Source: Octopus vulgaris
Lineage: Eukaryota
Reading direction: 5' to 3'
Length of the DNA: 64,000 bases
Assembly: GCA_951406725.2 (NCBI GenBank)
Contig: OX597818.1
Location: 30,194,001-30,258,000, forward strand
The number at the start of each line of letters is the position of its first letter. The first letter of the stretch is position 1. Shown in pieces: positions 27,392 to 40,640 of the stretch. Both the position numbers and the translations under genes were made by a program. The notes below the pieces were generated by a model that did no database searches, was not told where the DNA came from, and saw only the letters and a program-made list of their open reading frames with translations.

Positions 27392-27639
27392 AGAAGTATA
27401 AACAAAATTTTTACAAAGGACTTGAGAAAGATAATAGCAGAATAGGATCTAGGAGATTCATATTTATCCTTATAGAAAAAAGAGATGTGAGTCCAGTTAG
27501 GTATTAACTAAAACTAAAGGCTGTAATGGTTAATACCTAACTGGACTCACATCTCTTTTTCTCATAAATATGAATCTCCTAGATCCTATTCTGCTATTTC
27601 CTTTCTCAAGTCCTTTGTAAAAATTTTGTTTATACTTCT

Positions 27640-27757
27640 TGCACTGAATAGTAGAGTGATATATAATAAATTTAATTTAATTTAATTAATTTTATTAATT
27701 CTATTCAACCATAAATTTGCATGATTTTTATATCGCTGTACGAAACAATCATCTGCA
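27640..27757 (+). ncRNA. Type I hammerhead ribozyme, long stem II (core decayed)
   Basis: tgca CTGAAtA gtagagtgatata...tatatcgctgtac GAAA caatca TC tgca. Confidence 0.6.
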
Positions 27758-27989
27758 TGAATTAAAATTCTCTTATATATTTTAACATTTTTCTCTTCTC
27801 CATTTTTAACAAAATTGTTGAGTTTTATGAGATTTCTTTCCATAAATTCGCAACACACCATATATATATATAACCAAGGAAGACCACCACTGGCTATTAA
27901 GAGCATTGTACACTCAGACAAATTTATACATTCTACTTTTGGCCTCACTGGTAACTCATGAGCCCAGCTCTTAATAAACATACACATGC

Positions 27990-28540
27990 AGACCAAGCTT
28001 CCCTTATTCACTAGTCTTGATTTCTGCTGGGGACACTTTACACAAACAAGTTCACAATATAGCATCTGCTTAGAGATCTTTTGATCATTCATCTGAACAA
28101 GGTGTCCGGTCCAATGTAAATGGTGCTAGTGTGCCATTGCCTCAATGCTCAGGATGTCAGCTTCCCTTAAGACCTCTGTATCTGTAGTCTAAATGAACCA
28201 GCCAACACTCAGAATGTGTCTCAAACATCTCTGATGGAAGCACTCAAGGACCCGTTTATGATGCCTGTAAAGGGTTCGTGTCTCACATGAACAAAGGAGC
28301 AACATCAGCACACTCACAATACAGCAACTTTTGTTCACTTTGTGATGCCATTTTGGGACCAGATATGAGACTCAAGAGCCCTGAAGGAATCAGTTGCCTT
28401 CTGAAACCTTAAAGATATTTCATCAATCAAGGTGCAAACATAGCTGAGAGTGCTGCCCAGGTAGAAAAACTTGTCTATTACTTTCAGTACTGTTCCTTCA
28501 ACTAAGATGGTTTTGCATATGGGTTTCCTGGCACAGGCTA
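27990..28540 (-). mobile_element. RTE-clade LINE ORF C-terminal fragment
   Basis: KFFYLGSTL...FHQRCLRHIL...TEVLREADILSIEAM...HWTGHLVQMNDQKISKQMLYCEL (RTE/BovB-type motifs), with frameshifts. Confidence 0.8.
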
Positions 28541-29740
28541 GAAAATTTCAACAATCTTGTCTAGGCAGTAGATATCTTGCCTTATCTTGTCTCTGAATCA
28601 TGTCAATAGGGTGAAAAGGGTTTATGAGGTGTTGTGCAAGCCTTATTTGACTTAATATTTTGCAAAAGCATTGCTCACATTTTGCAGGTGGTGTCCTCTA
28701 GTGTGCCAACAGAAATTTGTCCATATGATTGCATTTGCTGAAATTTTCTGATCTGGAACTAAGTAGTGCAGTGGAATTCTTAGATCTAAAAAGAATGTGT
28801 GATCTTTCAGCTATGCATAAAGTTGCATTTCTTAAATCCATTTACATATGGCATGGATTTCTCTATGATTCTACATTTGATTGTATGTGGTGTGCAGTTG
28901 GTCTTCAAACTCCATATGTGGGTTTACTTTTGTAAAGGACACCACCCATTCCAGATTGAGCAGCAGTCTCACAGACTTTGAACCCCTCTCCAGTGAATTA
29001 TTCTACTGTAACTAGTTTAATTATGGTATCTACAGTCAAAGGAGACATAATTCTAATTTTCTTTTCTTTTTCCATTTTTATTCACCCTTCCACATTCTGC
29101 ATCAGCCTTGTTTTTTTTCCTGTGGTTTCTCATGTACCAGCATCCCGATTTTCAAATAGAACAGACCATGTGCTCTGAGCCCGAAGATTACCTGGAGACA
29201 CAAAGCACATTATAAAAGCCTACCTAATCACATGTCTTCACAGCAAGTAACTATTAGCAGCTTTTATCTTTATGCTGTGTATATTAAATGTTTATTTCTC
29301 ATTAGATGGAGTACTTTTTTTTTATATAGATAAAATTCATTGAGCTTAGTGGCTAATGTATGTAAGAACATTACACAAATCATTCAGTTGATGAGTTGAA
29401 AATGAAATGTGTGTTGGTACAAGTTTGCAGTTGATAAAAAGATTTCATAGCAGTAAATAAATTATAGAATAAAAACATTAAGTGCATCTCTTGTAGAATG
29501 TAAACAGAATTTATCATACTACATCATGAGATTCTGATTGTGATAAAATGTCTTTTCAAAGTGCCTGGTGTTAATGATTATTGGACATTGTTTACAAGAG
29601 AGACTCAGTCATGCAGGTATGTAGGTTAACAATATGCAGGAGGATTCATGTTTCATAGAAATATGCTGGGTGTAGATTGAAGAATGTGTCAGGGTCTAGT
29701 TGGGTAGACTGAGTACCACTTGAATTTTATTTACAATAGA

Positions 29741-29970
29741 CTTAAGTTAAGTTAAGTTAATTTTTTTGGCTCATGGAGTTATGTACAAGGAGGGTGTTCA
29801 TGCAAAGAGTTCAGGCCATTTCTGGTCAAGAGAGACTTTGAACCGAGCGGTCGTCGGCATCTTCACTATCTCGTCCGGCAGCTTATTCCACGGATCCACA
29901 ACCTGGACAGAGAAAGCCCCTCTCCTTCGATTGAGATGAAATCGTCGCAGATAGAGCTTTTCGGAGTGGT
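29741..29970 (-). mobile_element. CR1-type LINE 3' end with (TTAAC)n tail
   Basis: HSEKLYLRRFHLNRRRGAFSVQVVDPWNKLPDEIV...FKVSLDQKW. Confidence 0.8.
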
Positions 29971-32532
29971 GGGCCTATTTTGCCTGTTAGTTTCCTTTTT
30001 CTTTTTCTTTGGTTAGATTCAGTACTATTCACAGGTTAATCTTCAAATATTATATCATGTAGTATGAGATCAACTGGAGTTATGCTGATTGCAGTATGAT
30101 GAGGTTAATTGATGTTGATTGCATGCAGACCCATACAATCCCATATTAGCTCAGAAGTCTAACTATTAAATTTATGTAGAAGATTATAGTCATAGTTGTT
30201 TTGTTGGAGTGGATTAATTAAGCTGGATATTCATTTATTCATCTATTTAGTTGCTAATTTATTAAAAGTTGTTTTTCTTTTTTGTGACTTTGTCAACACC
30301 AAGTCATTATGCAGATGTCTGTAATATTGGGGGAGTTATGCCTCATGAAAGAGACACTTATTTTAACTTCATGTAAAGTAGGTATTTTGTTACAGATATT
30401 TGTGGTAAAAAAAATCCTGCCTCTTACAGTTGTATGATTATGTGAAGTATGTGCATGGGAGAGTACCTAAATGCATTTTATCACTGCATTTTATTTTTCA
30501 AGTTCAAGCATCTATTAAATAAGTATTGACTTTCAAATGAAAGTAGTATTGATCTCATCTATCTTATTCACATCAGATCAACTTAAACAGTTAGCATAGT
30601 GTTTCTGCTAAAAATTCCAGACACAAGAAAAGGTAACTGTTTGATTTCTGTTTGCAACAGATTTTCTTGACTCTCTCTTCCTGAAGTAAATGCCGTTAAA
30701 AAAAAAAACTCATCAACTGGAGCATAAAACTTGGATCTTGCTGTTCTGGAAAATTTGTATTGGTTACATATCATTTAACTAATGTCTTGTAGCCTTGGTA
30801 ATCATAGAGTTGCTTTTTGCTTTTTTATTTTGTTTTTTGTTGTTTTTTTTTTTTGTTTTTTTACTTTTCTATGTTTCTTTTTCTGCTATCAGTGATCTTT
30901 CAGATGACTGTTCTAGTTATATGCTAAAGTAATCTATTTCTATTCAACATGAAAATCAAGAATCCATTTCTTTTTATACCTTTATATGGATGAAATGATT
31001 CTTTTTGATATTTGCATATAAATTGTCTATGCACACTGTCTTACTGCTGGTTGATCTTGGTAATTCCACCAGTCAATCATGTTACTGATTTTCAAGCAGG
31101 CAAATTTATGCAAGTTAAATAATGTATGTTGGCCTTGGGCCACAGCCAAATAACTGTAGCAGATTTTGAAATCAAGACATTTGTAGTCAATAGTTCACTT
31201 CAGCAACTCTACTTCTGACATGAGTGATTTTTTTTTTAGATACCTGACAAACAAGAAGCAGCTACTCAACTTCAAAAAGTCAAGGAATCACAATGACTAA
31301 CTAAGCAAATGTCAAACCACCTTGATGAAGTGTTCTGGATTTGTGTATTCTCACTTGAAGCATCTTGTGCTTTGCACAAGACACTAAAATTCTCCTGGCC
31401 TACTTACATGGCAATAGAATTAGAAATTAATGTAGAAACAACAAACTAATAATAAAATTGAAAGAATTATAGAGGAGGGGATATCAAGGGACTCTTTCAA
31501 CACAAAAACAAATGAGTTAATTGGTGACTAACATACTTAACATAGCGGACCAAAAAAATTAATCAAAATTCCACATAGTGAGAAAGGAAATGTTTAACTT
31601 AATGCTGACAAAGGCAGGTAACGGAAACAACTCCAAAATCGAATTAAAAATTAAATGTCAAATGCAGAGGAGAATGAGTCTGATATTTGGCAAGTGCAGT
31701 GATACCTCTGGACATGCTTCTTAGATTTCTTCTTAGATTTATTTCCTATTACATGTCACCACATTCAATATTTAATTACTTTAGAATCTAGGAGTTGTTG
31801 CCTTTACTTTTCTTAACCAGAATTAGTTGTTTTCCTCCTCCTCTATGTATATAATTTTAATTTATCAAAAATTACTGTGTTCACTACATTAAGTATTTTC
31901 AAACAAAAATAAAGGCAAGAAAAAAGGCTAAAAATGTGGTTGGTTTGGGATAGACAACACATATCATTTTATTATTTTCAGTCATTGGATTGTAACTGTC
32001 TTGAAGCATCTCCTTTTAGCCTCCAGTGATCATTTTATAAACTTGAGAAGAATGAAAGTTAGGAAAGTAGAGCTTTATACTTTAATAAAAAAAAAAGAAA
32101 TCTTTTTCTCCTTTTCTAAAACTTACTAGGCCTATGTGTGTTTAAATGACTGCCTGACAAAAATTAATAGATATGTTATAACCAGAAAAATATTATGTAT
32201 AATTAATAAAAGTGTCAGTGTCCAAGGATGTGGCACCAATAACATCATCACCATCATAACATTCATTCACTTTTTCATGTTTGCATGGGTTGGACTGAGA
32301 TTACTGAGGCAGATTTTTCTTCAGCCAGATGCCCTTCTTGTCACCAACCCTTATCAGTTTCCAAGCAGGTAATATTTTCCCATGACCAGACATGTTCTTG
32401 CACAATATTAGAAATGAGTGACACTACTTGAATGACAGTGACAGTCATTTAGGAGGCAAAAAAACATATACACACTCACACATACATATATGTACACACA
32501 CACGCAAACATCTATATATATATATATATATA

Positions 32533-35500
32533 ATAAATATTAGGGAATAAATCCAAATTTACAGGGAAAAAAAATCAGATTTAGGATTAAATCCAATTTT
32601 ATAGTAAAATATTATAAAATATTATTAGAGACAAAACCACTATTTTGCAAAACAAACAAGGAAAGACTTAATCAATACATAAAATTTTAATAAATAGTCA
32701 AAAAAACCGCCACTACAATCGTTTCTTGTCTTGATCGACAATCTTCAGGTGGACTTCCAATCTAAAATATCAATATTTTAAAATATAAAAATAATAATTT
32801 TAAAATAATTAAAGTATGAATGAAAAAATATAAATATATAATCCATATATAACCTATATATAATCCATATATAATCAATATATAAACAATATATAAACTA
32901 AAATAAACCTATCAACAATTAAATATAAAATATAAAATATAAAATATAAAACAAAACAAAAAAATAATAATAATATAATAATAAACTATATATACACCCA
33001 TACACATATACCTAATTATATATAACCATATCTAACTACATACACTAAATCACACACCTATATATATATCCCTATACATACACATAAAAACGTCTAGGCA
33101 ACTATAAATAAATAAAATAGCTAAATACTTCAACACAATACTTATTCATACTCCCACACACACACACATACAACCCACATTCACGCTCTAGAAAACGGAC
33201 ATCACTCAAAATTATGAACGGAGAAATGGAATAAATGGAATTAAAAATTATATTCACTTGGTAAAACGAACACTACTTAAAAATTATGAATGAAACAATG
33301 CAATAAAACAACAGACATCGCAAATAGACACAAATTACTACGAATTCCTTAACAAACCCACCATGATAAACCAAAACTCATAAAAACATATAATGATAAA
33401 ATCTCCCTTTACTAAACTCTATAACATACCTATATAGCAATCCCCCTAACCTAAACATTCACACACAAATACACACACGTAAACCACACACCCACGACAT
33501 ATACAAATACCCACACCACTTACACATACCAATACATACATATAAACCTCAACATATACTCCAAAAACCCACTCAACCCCACACAGACAAAAAAACACAA
33601 AAATTATGAATGGATTCTTTTATAAAACTACCATGATAATCTAAAACTCACAAAACAGAAATGATAAAACCTCCCTTTACTAAACACTATAACATACTTA
33701 TATAGCAATCCCTTTAACCTATACATTCACACACAAATACACACACATAAACCACACACCCATAACAAATACAAACACCCACCCCACTCACACACACCCA
33801 CAAGTACATATAAGCCTCAACATATACACCAAACAAAATTACTTTACCAAGGAACTTAACATATGTATAAAAAGTATAACCGCTCTGGAAACGAACATCT
33901 CTAAATTAATGAATGGAGAAATGGAATAAATGGAATTAAAAATAATATTCACGTGGCAAAACGAACACCACTCAAAAATTATGAATGAAACAATGTAATA
34001 AAACAACCAACATCGAAAATAGACAAATTACCACGAATTCCCCAAAAAAACCATGATAAACCAAAACTCTTAAAAACATATAACGATAAAATCTCCCTTT
34101 GCTAAACTCTATAACAAACCTATATAACAATCCCCCTAACCTAAACATTCACACACAAATACACACACATAAACCTCAGACCCACGACTTATACACATAC
34201 CTATACTAACTTATAAACCTCAATATACACCAAAACCCACTCCCTCCCCACACAGACAAATTAACACATACATCCCAAAACCTAAATAACAAACCCATAT
34301 ACACATTCACACACAAACACACACACACGCAAAACACACACACACAACAGATACATATACTCCCTCACATATACCCATATACATACTCACTAAACTCGAT
34401 ATATACAACAATATTTACACACCCACACTCATACAGATAAATAAATTATACAACTAAAAACTCACACACAATCTCATATACATAAACACTCCTATGAAAA
34501 CAACATTAAATACATCGTAATTAACCAGAATATCAAAAATAACAATATGACATAAGGATAAATAAAATACATACTTACAAGTCAGTTTCAAATTATGAAG
34601 TGAAATTAAATTCTTAGCCGTTAAAAAAATCAAACCAAAATTACGTTACCATAGAAATAACTTATGTTAAAAAAAGAATACGCGCCATGGAAAGTAAACG
34701 TCATTTAAATTATGAATGGAGAAATAGAATAAATGGAACTAAAAACTATATCCACGTGGCAAACCAACACTACTTAAAAAAATTTATTATGAATGGATTC
34801 TTTAAAAAACTACCATGAAAAATCATTATATACATTTATGAGCTTTAGCTCACCTTAGCAACTCTAACAAACAACTTGCAGTAACCCAAACCTATTCTCG
34901 ATGCCTACCTCACTACTACACTATTCCATTCACAATTCCAAGCAACGCTAGTCCACCACCCGGTTACAATTCCCAACTCCACCCATTCATTCACAATTTC
35001 AACGACGTCCGCCTCCACAGCGCTACATATAAGCCTCAACATATACACCGGAGATTCACTTTCACATCCGTGCGGATGGGTGAGAGTATACATTGAGTGT
35101 AGTGATGGGGCTCCCATTACTATACACATTTATACCTGTGTAGTAGTCTCCATGTGTATATTCACGCACGGGTATAAATGCAGGGGGTACACGCGCACGT
35201 CATTTGCGTGTACCCCCTCACATGTACATATGCATGCTATTTGGGCTCGATATATGCAACAATGTAATCGCGCCCGCATACATGCATATGGGCGAGTTGC
35301 ACAATCAAAAAACGCACACGTGTGTGTGTGCGTTCCCTGGTTGTGCAATTCACCCATCTGGGTGTGAGTGGGTGTAAGCGTATCGCTGTGGATGTCGAGC
35401 TTGATACGTATGTATATGAGTGTGTATTGGGGGGTTGTACGTATTTATTGTGTGCATGTGCTTCACGCACGTGCGTCCATGTATGGATGAATATATTGGG

Positions 35501-36540
35501 ATTGCTATGTGGGTGTAAATTGGGTATGGAGGGGGAGTTTTGTCATTGTATGGGTGTGGGTTTCATTTGTGATGGTGGTTAGTTGGTGATTTTTGGTATG
35601 TTCTGTATATTTGGGTTAGTTATGTATTATTCTAGTGTGTATAATTGTATACATATGATTGGTGTGAGTGGGATTACGCCCATTTTTGGGGATGTATGTG
35701 TTTATTTATCCGTGTGGGGCGGGAGTGGCCGTTAGGTGTATATGTTGAGGCTCACATGCAATTCCAGGTACAGCGAATGAAGTGGGCACTTATATTTGTT
35801 ATGGGTGTGTGTACTTTATTATAACAGACAATACCCAAATAAAATCTGTCAATTCAACATACCAAATAAAAAACAAAAAACAAAGGGATCATAAACATTC
35901 ACACATACATACAAAACTCAATAAAAACACCACTAAATAACACCCATCAACATATAAATATATCCTCCAAAATACATATAACAAATGCATAATAAAAATA
36001 CATAATAAAATAAAATAAAAATAAAAAAATAAAAAAATAAAAAAATATATAAATAAAGAAAATAAAAAAATCTAATATAAATTATTAAAGTTTTAACATA
36101 CCATAAACTGTTAAATTAATATACATTAAAAATGAACTAATTAAAACAAAGAAATATCAATAAAGACTAACTATAATTAAAACCTAGACAACATAACCAA
36201 AAATATATTAACTAAACTAATTTAAACTAAACTAAAGTAACCTAAAAGGGAACTATTATTGCTATTTATCATGAAACTTATTATATAGGTAAAGTAACTT
36301 ATGTCTGCATTTTATTTTGCGCTCTTCACCAGTATTAAGTAAATTATCATACTTATAAAATAAAATTTCTTTAAACTCATTAGAGCATAAATAACAACAA
36401 TTAGCTCCTATAGTATATGATTTAGTTTTACAAATTATTTCCCAAATTAAACTATAATTAATATTTAGTGATTTAAGACTCCAAATGTACTTACTAAGTC
36501 CGGTTGAGTTGATTAAGTTTTTATTTTTAAAAGAATTCAT
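32533..36540 (-). mobile_element. 5'-truncated Penelope-like element: EN C-terminus, ~3.5 kb repeat-built 3' region, terminal hammerhead
   Basis: (TA)n on both sides; 36262-36540 encodes NSFKNKNLINSTGLSKYIWSLK...WEII...SY...CCYLCSNE...LLN...KCRHK; HHR at 32710-32752; the terminal tail is repeated at 58712-58870. Confidence 0.8.
32710..32752 (-). ncRNA. Minimal type I hammerhead ribozyme, apparently intact
   Basis: ccac CTGAAGA ttgtc gatcaa gacaa GAAA cgattg TA gtgg: stem I ccac/gtgg, stem II ttgtc/gacaa, near-palindromic short stem III, GUA cleavage triplet. Confidence 0.85.
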
Positions 36541-36547
36541 ATATATA

Positions 36548-36807
36548 TCAGCCTCGCCTGGCCCCCGTGCCGGTGGCACGTAAAAAGCACCATCCAATCA
36601 TGGCCGTTTGCCAGCCCCGTCTGGCACGTAAAAAGCACCCACTACACTCATGGAGTGGTTGGCGTTAGGAAGGGCATCCAGCCGTAGAAACACTGCCAGA
36701 TCAGACTGCGCCTGGTGCAGCCTTCTGGCCTTCCAGACCCCAGTTGCACCGTCCAACCCATGCCAGCATGGAAAGCGGACGCTAAACGATGATGATGATG
36801 ATGATGA
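36548..36807 (+). mobile_element. Family C retroposon 3' portion with (GAT)n tail
   Basis: ggcacgtaaaaagcacc repeats...ggcgttaggaagggcatccagccgtag...gatgatgat. Confidence 0.8.
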
Positions 36808-37936
36808 TATATATATAGGGAAATGTGTTGTTGAAAATGCACCTAAATTTCAAAAACACGTAATTGTTTAAAACACATTTATTTACATATATACCAAACT
36901 AGTTTCAACAATATGTTTTGTTTGTTTTTTTTATCAATGGTAAAAGTTTAAAATTATGAATTAGAAAAACATCTTTAAAAGTTTCAATGTTGGAAAATTA
37001 AAATGTTTCAATGTTGACAAATCAACATGTTCAAAACAGATACATTTAGCATTATGAATTAGGAGGACAGGTGCAAGTTTGAATGTTCATAGCAGTTAAT
37101 AACATTAAAACTGTATATCAATTTGTTTAAATGTACAGTTTATTAATGTTAGTGGTAATCGACAAGGCATACTGAGTTAAGAGGGAAAACAACAAGGGAG
37201 AAATGAAAATAGTAAAAAAAAAGGGAATTTGGTTTACAGTTTCTCTGATCCTCTTTCCTTAAACGCTTTCTAATCCAATGAAATTTTACAAACACCAGTT
37301 GCTGATGTCACCTAACTCCAGACCAATCAAAACCGAACTTCAGCAAATACAACGAAATGACCCTTTAAGAGAACCAACCAACCCGAATTCGTTTACACAT
37401 AGTTCTTGCTTTAAATCTCATAGTATTTGTCTTGGACCATGTCTTGAATGTACTATATTATAATAGGAATTATATATTTCTTTTTAACCGTTTTGTGAGT
37501 AAATCATCATCATCATTTAATGTTTGCTTTCCATGCTGGCATGGGTAGGACAGTTTGACAGAAGCCTGCACCAAACTTCTGCAACTGTTTTAGCAGGTTT
37601 TTATATCTGGATGCCCTACCTAATACCCACCACTCAGAAGAATGGACTTACTACTTTTTACATGGCACAAGCACAGGCGAGGTCAGTTTTGGAAAGGTTT
37701 TTACAGTTGGATGCCCTTCCAAATGCCAACCACTTTACAGTGTGGACTGGGTGCTTTAAGTGGCACCTGCACTGACAGGGTCACCAGGTACTTGCAATAC
37801 AAAATAATCTCCTTTGAGAAGGGAGGGGCCATTGTACATATTCTAGAAACTGACTCCGATGATTAAATTGTCAGGGCATCTCAAACTGTTACCTCAATCT
37901 CTTTACACTTAAGTTGTTAATAAAATATCAGCTCAA

Positions 37937-38150
37937 GGCAGTGAGCTGGCAGAATTGTTAGCATGCTTGGGAAAGTGCTTAGTGGTATTTCATTCACCTT
38001 TATCATCTGAGTTCACATTTTGCTGAGATCATCTTTGCCTTTCATCCTGTCTGGGTCAATAAAATAAGGACCAGTTGAGCACTGGGGTTGATGTAATTAG
38101 CTTACCTCCTCCCTCAAAGTTGCTGGTCTTGTGCCAAAATTTGAAACTAA
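37937..38150 (+). mobile_element. Family B SINE, diverged
   Basis: ggcagtgagctggcagaattgttagca...ctttgcctttcatcc...actggggttgatgtaat. Confidence 0.7.
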
Positions 38151-38599
38151 TATAATATAAGTGCATATCACTTAGGTTGATGAGGGAAGGGTGACCTCCC
38201 TTTGCAAATACCATAAGGGCACAGAAAGTGTGCCTAAAGCCAGCTGGAGACGATGTTCTCCTGGGGCTACAAGCTACAGTAACACCCATCCTTAGTGGTT
38301 AGCCATATTGAGATGGCAAGTATACCTCACATTGTCGTGCGGTTACTGTTTATACCTCGTTCAGAGATTTATTTTTACTAAGCAAATTTTATATAAGAAA
38401 TGAAAAAATTTATTGAATATGATATTCTTTTATCAAATGTTATATATATAATACAATACCACATTAAAATATACATCCCAAACCAAAGAAAACACAAACA
38501 TGACAGAGACAAAGAGGAAAAAGAAAGAAAACAAACATCAGTTCAACCGTAAGTGCTTTAATTGGTTACATATCACAAACTTCAACAGAACCTACCAAA

Positions 38600-39035
38600 G
38601 CAAGCCAACATGCTCACAGCATTACCATGGGCAATGGTGAGGTTAAGGATTTGGAACAACTAAGACCCTTACAAGCATTACTTGACACGTTGGTAAGGTG
38701 AGTTGGCAACGATGACAAAAATGTTGCTGTTAGTGGCCCAGCTCCTCCAAACATCTCAAATGTCTGAGGCTGGAAGAAATAGTTCACTGACAAGTCCCAA
38801 TACTTAAGGATTTTGTTCTGTTCAGGTAAGGAAGCAGTGACCCGCCCATTCACTGCAGCATCCAGAATGTGGGAGGCAGCAAAGGAGTCAAAGACTGTGG
38901 TGTCCTAGATGAGGCACCTACCTCTTACCCAGTGACAAAGGATAAGACCATCTGATCCTTTCCCATCACTTTTGGGTAATCCCACCAGCTCCAGAACTGA
39001 AGGGATATTAACCTGAGCCAGGGCCTGCTTAATGA
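38600..39035 (-). pseudogene. CRE-clade non-LTR retrotransposon, restriction-like endonuclease fragment
   Basis: IIKQALAQVNIPSVLELVGLPKSDGKGSDGLILCHWVRGRCLI*DTTVFDSFAASH...EQNKILKY...FFQPQTFEMFGGAG...IAHGNAVSML, matching the LEPxGL..DGKRPDG..W..G...WD..K..KY..ETxG..QRGNA pattern. Confidence 0.75.
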
Positions 39036-40244
39036 TTCAGTTCTTTTATCAACCTCCCAAGGATGAAAAACAATATTGACTCTGACAGCTGGATGAATTC
39101 AAATTATGTAAATCATTTAGTTCAGTTACCTGTCATATCTGTGAACTTGCCACTCATAAATATTTATATCTCACATAATCATGAATTTCCAGATTTATTG
39201 AGGAAAGAAAATGAGAGATTGTGTGGTAATAATGTTTTTGCTTTGTTTTTTTCTCAAGAGCTATACTGACTATTCTGTGGCAGTTCTATATCCTCTGTGA
39301 CGATGGTTTTGCATGTAAATGTTGATTTCTAATGTAGGCACAAGGTTCCTGTCTTTGTAAATATTAACCTCAACCATAAATGTTAATATTCAACATAGAT
39401 TTGAAAACTGCAGCAAAATCCTACCAGATCCCAAGATGGAAATTATTGGCGTCATTTCATCTCTATTTCTGGCAAAAATATTTTTAGTTTAGATTTTTAT
39501 TAAGAATTCTGTCATTCTACTGCATTTTGCTAAATCATCAAATTCCACTTAGAAAATAAGAAGACTACAAAAATAACTATCAATGCTTGGAGACACTTTA
39601 GGATGTCTTCCTGTCCTCTCTTTGTTTAGGATTAAATATAATTCCCTTATTGATTCAGGAATTAAAATGTTCTGATTCTTGTTAAATATATAATCTCCAT
39701 ATTTTAATTTTAATAGCGTTTTTTGTCTCTTTAGAAAAACAAAAACACACACATACGCACACACCTTCTCTCTCTCTCTCAACTACTTATATACACATGC
39801 ACTCATATTTATAGCTTATTGCTTTTTAAATACTTGATAAATATTTCATGCTATAAATATAATGTCAGATTTTCTGCTTTGGAGAATTGCTGTTGTTTAT
39901 TCTTTTAATTTCCTGCTTCATGTTTTAAAATATCTCACTAATGTCTATTACATTTGGCATTGGTAGTCATCCTGGTGTGATGCTACAGTTTTTGCAAGCA
40001 TACAGTCTAATTTCTTACAACCATTTCACTTACGTTGCTATTGATATTAGGAAATTTATGAACATTTCAACTCCTCACTTGCCCTTTTTAAAGAATTAAA
40101 CGTTAAGGACCAAAGGGATATATTCTGGGACTATCTGCTTGAAAGTCTTGTATTCAAATCCATTGCTGCTCTTTTGGCAGTGTGCATAATTCTAGGTGTC
40201 AAACTTTCGAGGGAATGTTGCCTGAAATAAAACTAGTAATAAAG

Positions 40245-40577
40245 GTAAAGACCCCCTTTGTTCATGAATGACCATTGAATTGCACCCAGAAAGTTACCCT
40301 CTGCGGCACAACTCCAGGCAAGGTTGTTTATGGAAGATCAGCAGTTACCCATGCATACCAGTCTTCCCTCTCCATACCATCAATGTTATCCAAAGGGAAG
40401 GGAAAGGGTGATGCAGCTTGGCACCAGTGACATTGCAACTCATTTCTAAAGCTGAGTGAACTGGAGTAACATGAAATAAAGTGCTTTGCTCAGGAACTCA
40501 ACTCACAGCCTGGTCCAAGAATCAAACTCACTACCTTGTGATTGCTAGCCTGACACTCTATCCACTGAGCTATGCAC
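40245..40577 (-). mobile_element. tRNA-derived SINE (separate family)
   Basis: Minus-strand head gcatagctcagtggatagagtg...gagtttgattc, followed by a gagcaaagcactttattt domain. Confidence 0.65.
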
Positions 40578-40640
40578 TTGACTTTAGGAGACACTGGCAG
40601 TCAGAGTGTAGTGTTATTTGGGTAAAAATGGAAATAATAT

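Larger units (their letters stand above)
27192..27862. mobile_element. Fold-back PLE-tail element (~320-bp inverted arms, 20-nt spacer) with a hammerhead in each arm
   Basis: 27192-27508 is the reverse complement of 27529-27862; the element ends in (TA)n. Confidence 0.85.

Noticed and set aside
33184-34820. Repeat-spacer-like pattern (aaattatgaatg motif) resembling a CRISPR array
   Set aside because: Eukaryotic context, irregular spacing, intervening sequences homologous to each other, and no cas genes.
36541-36597. N-terminus of ORF 36262-36597
   Set aside because: It derives from the adjacent family C repeat; only the part below 36540 is PLE endonuclease.
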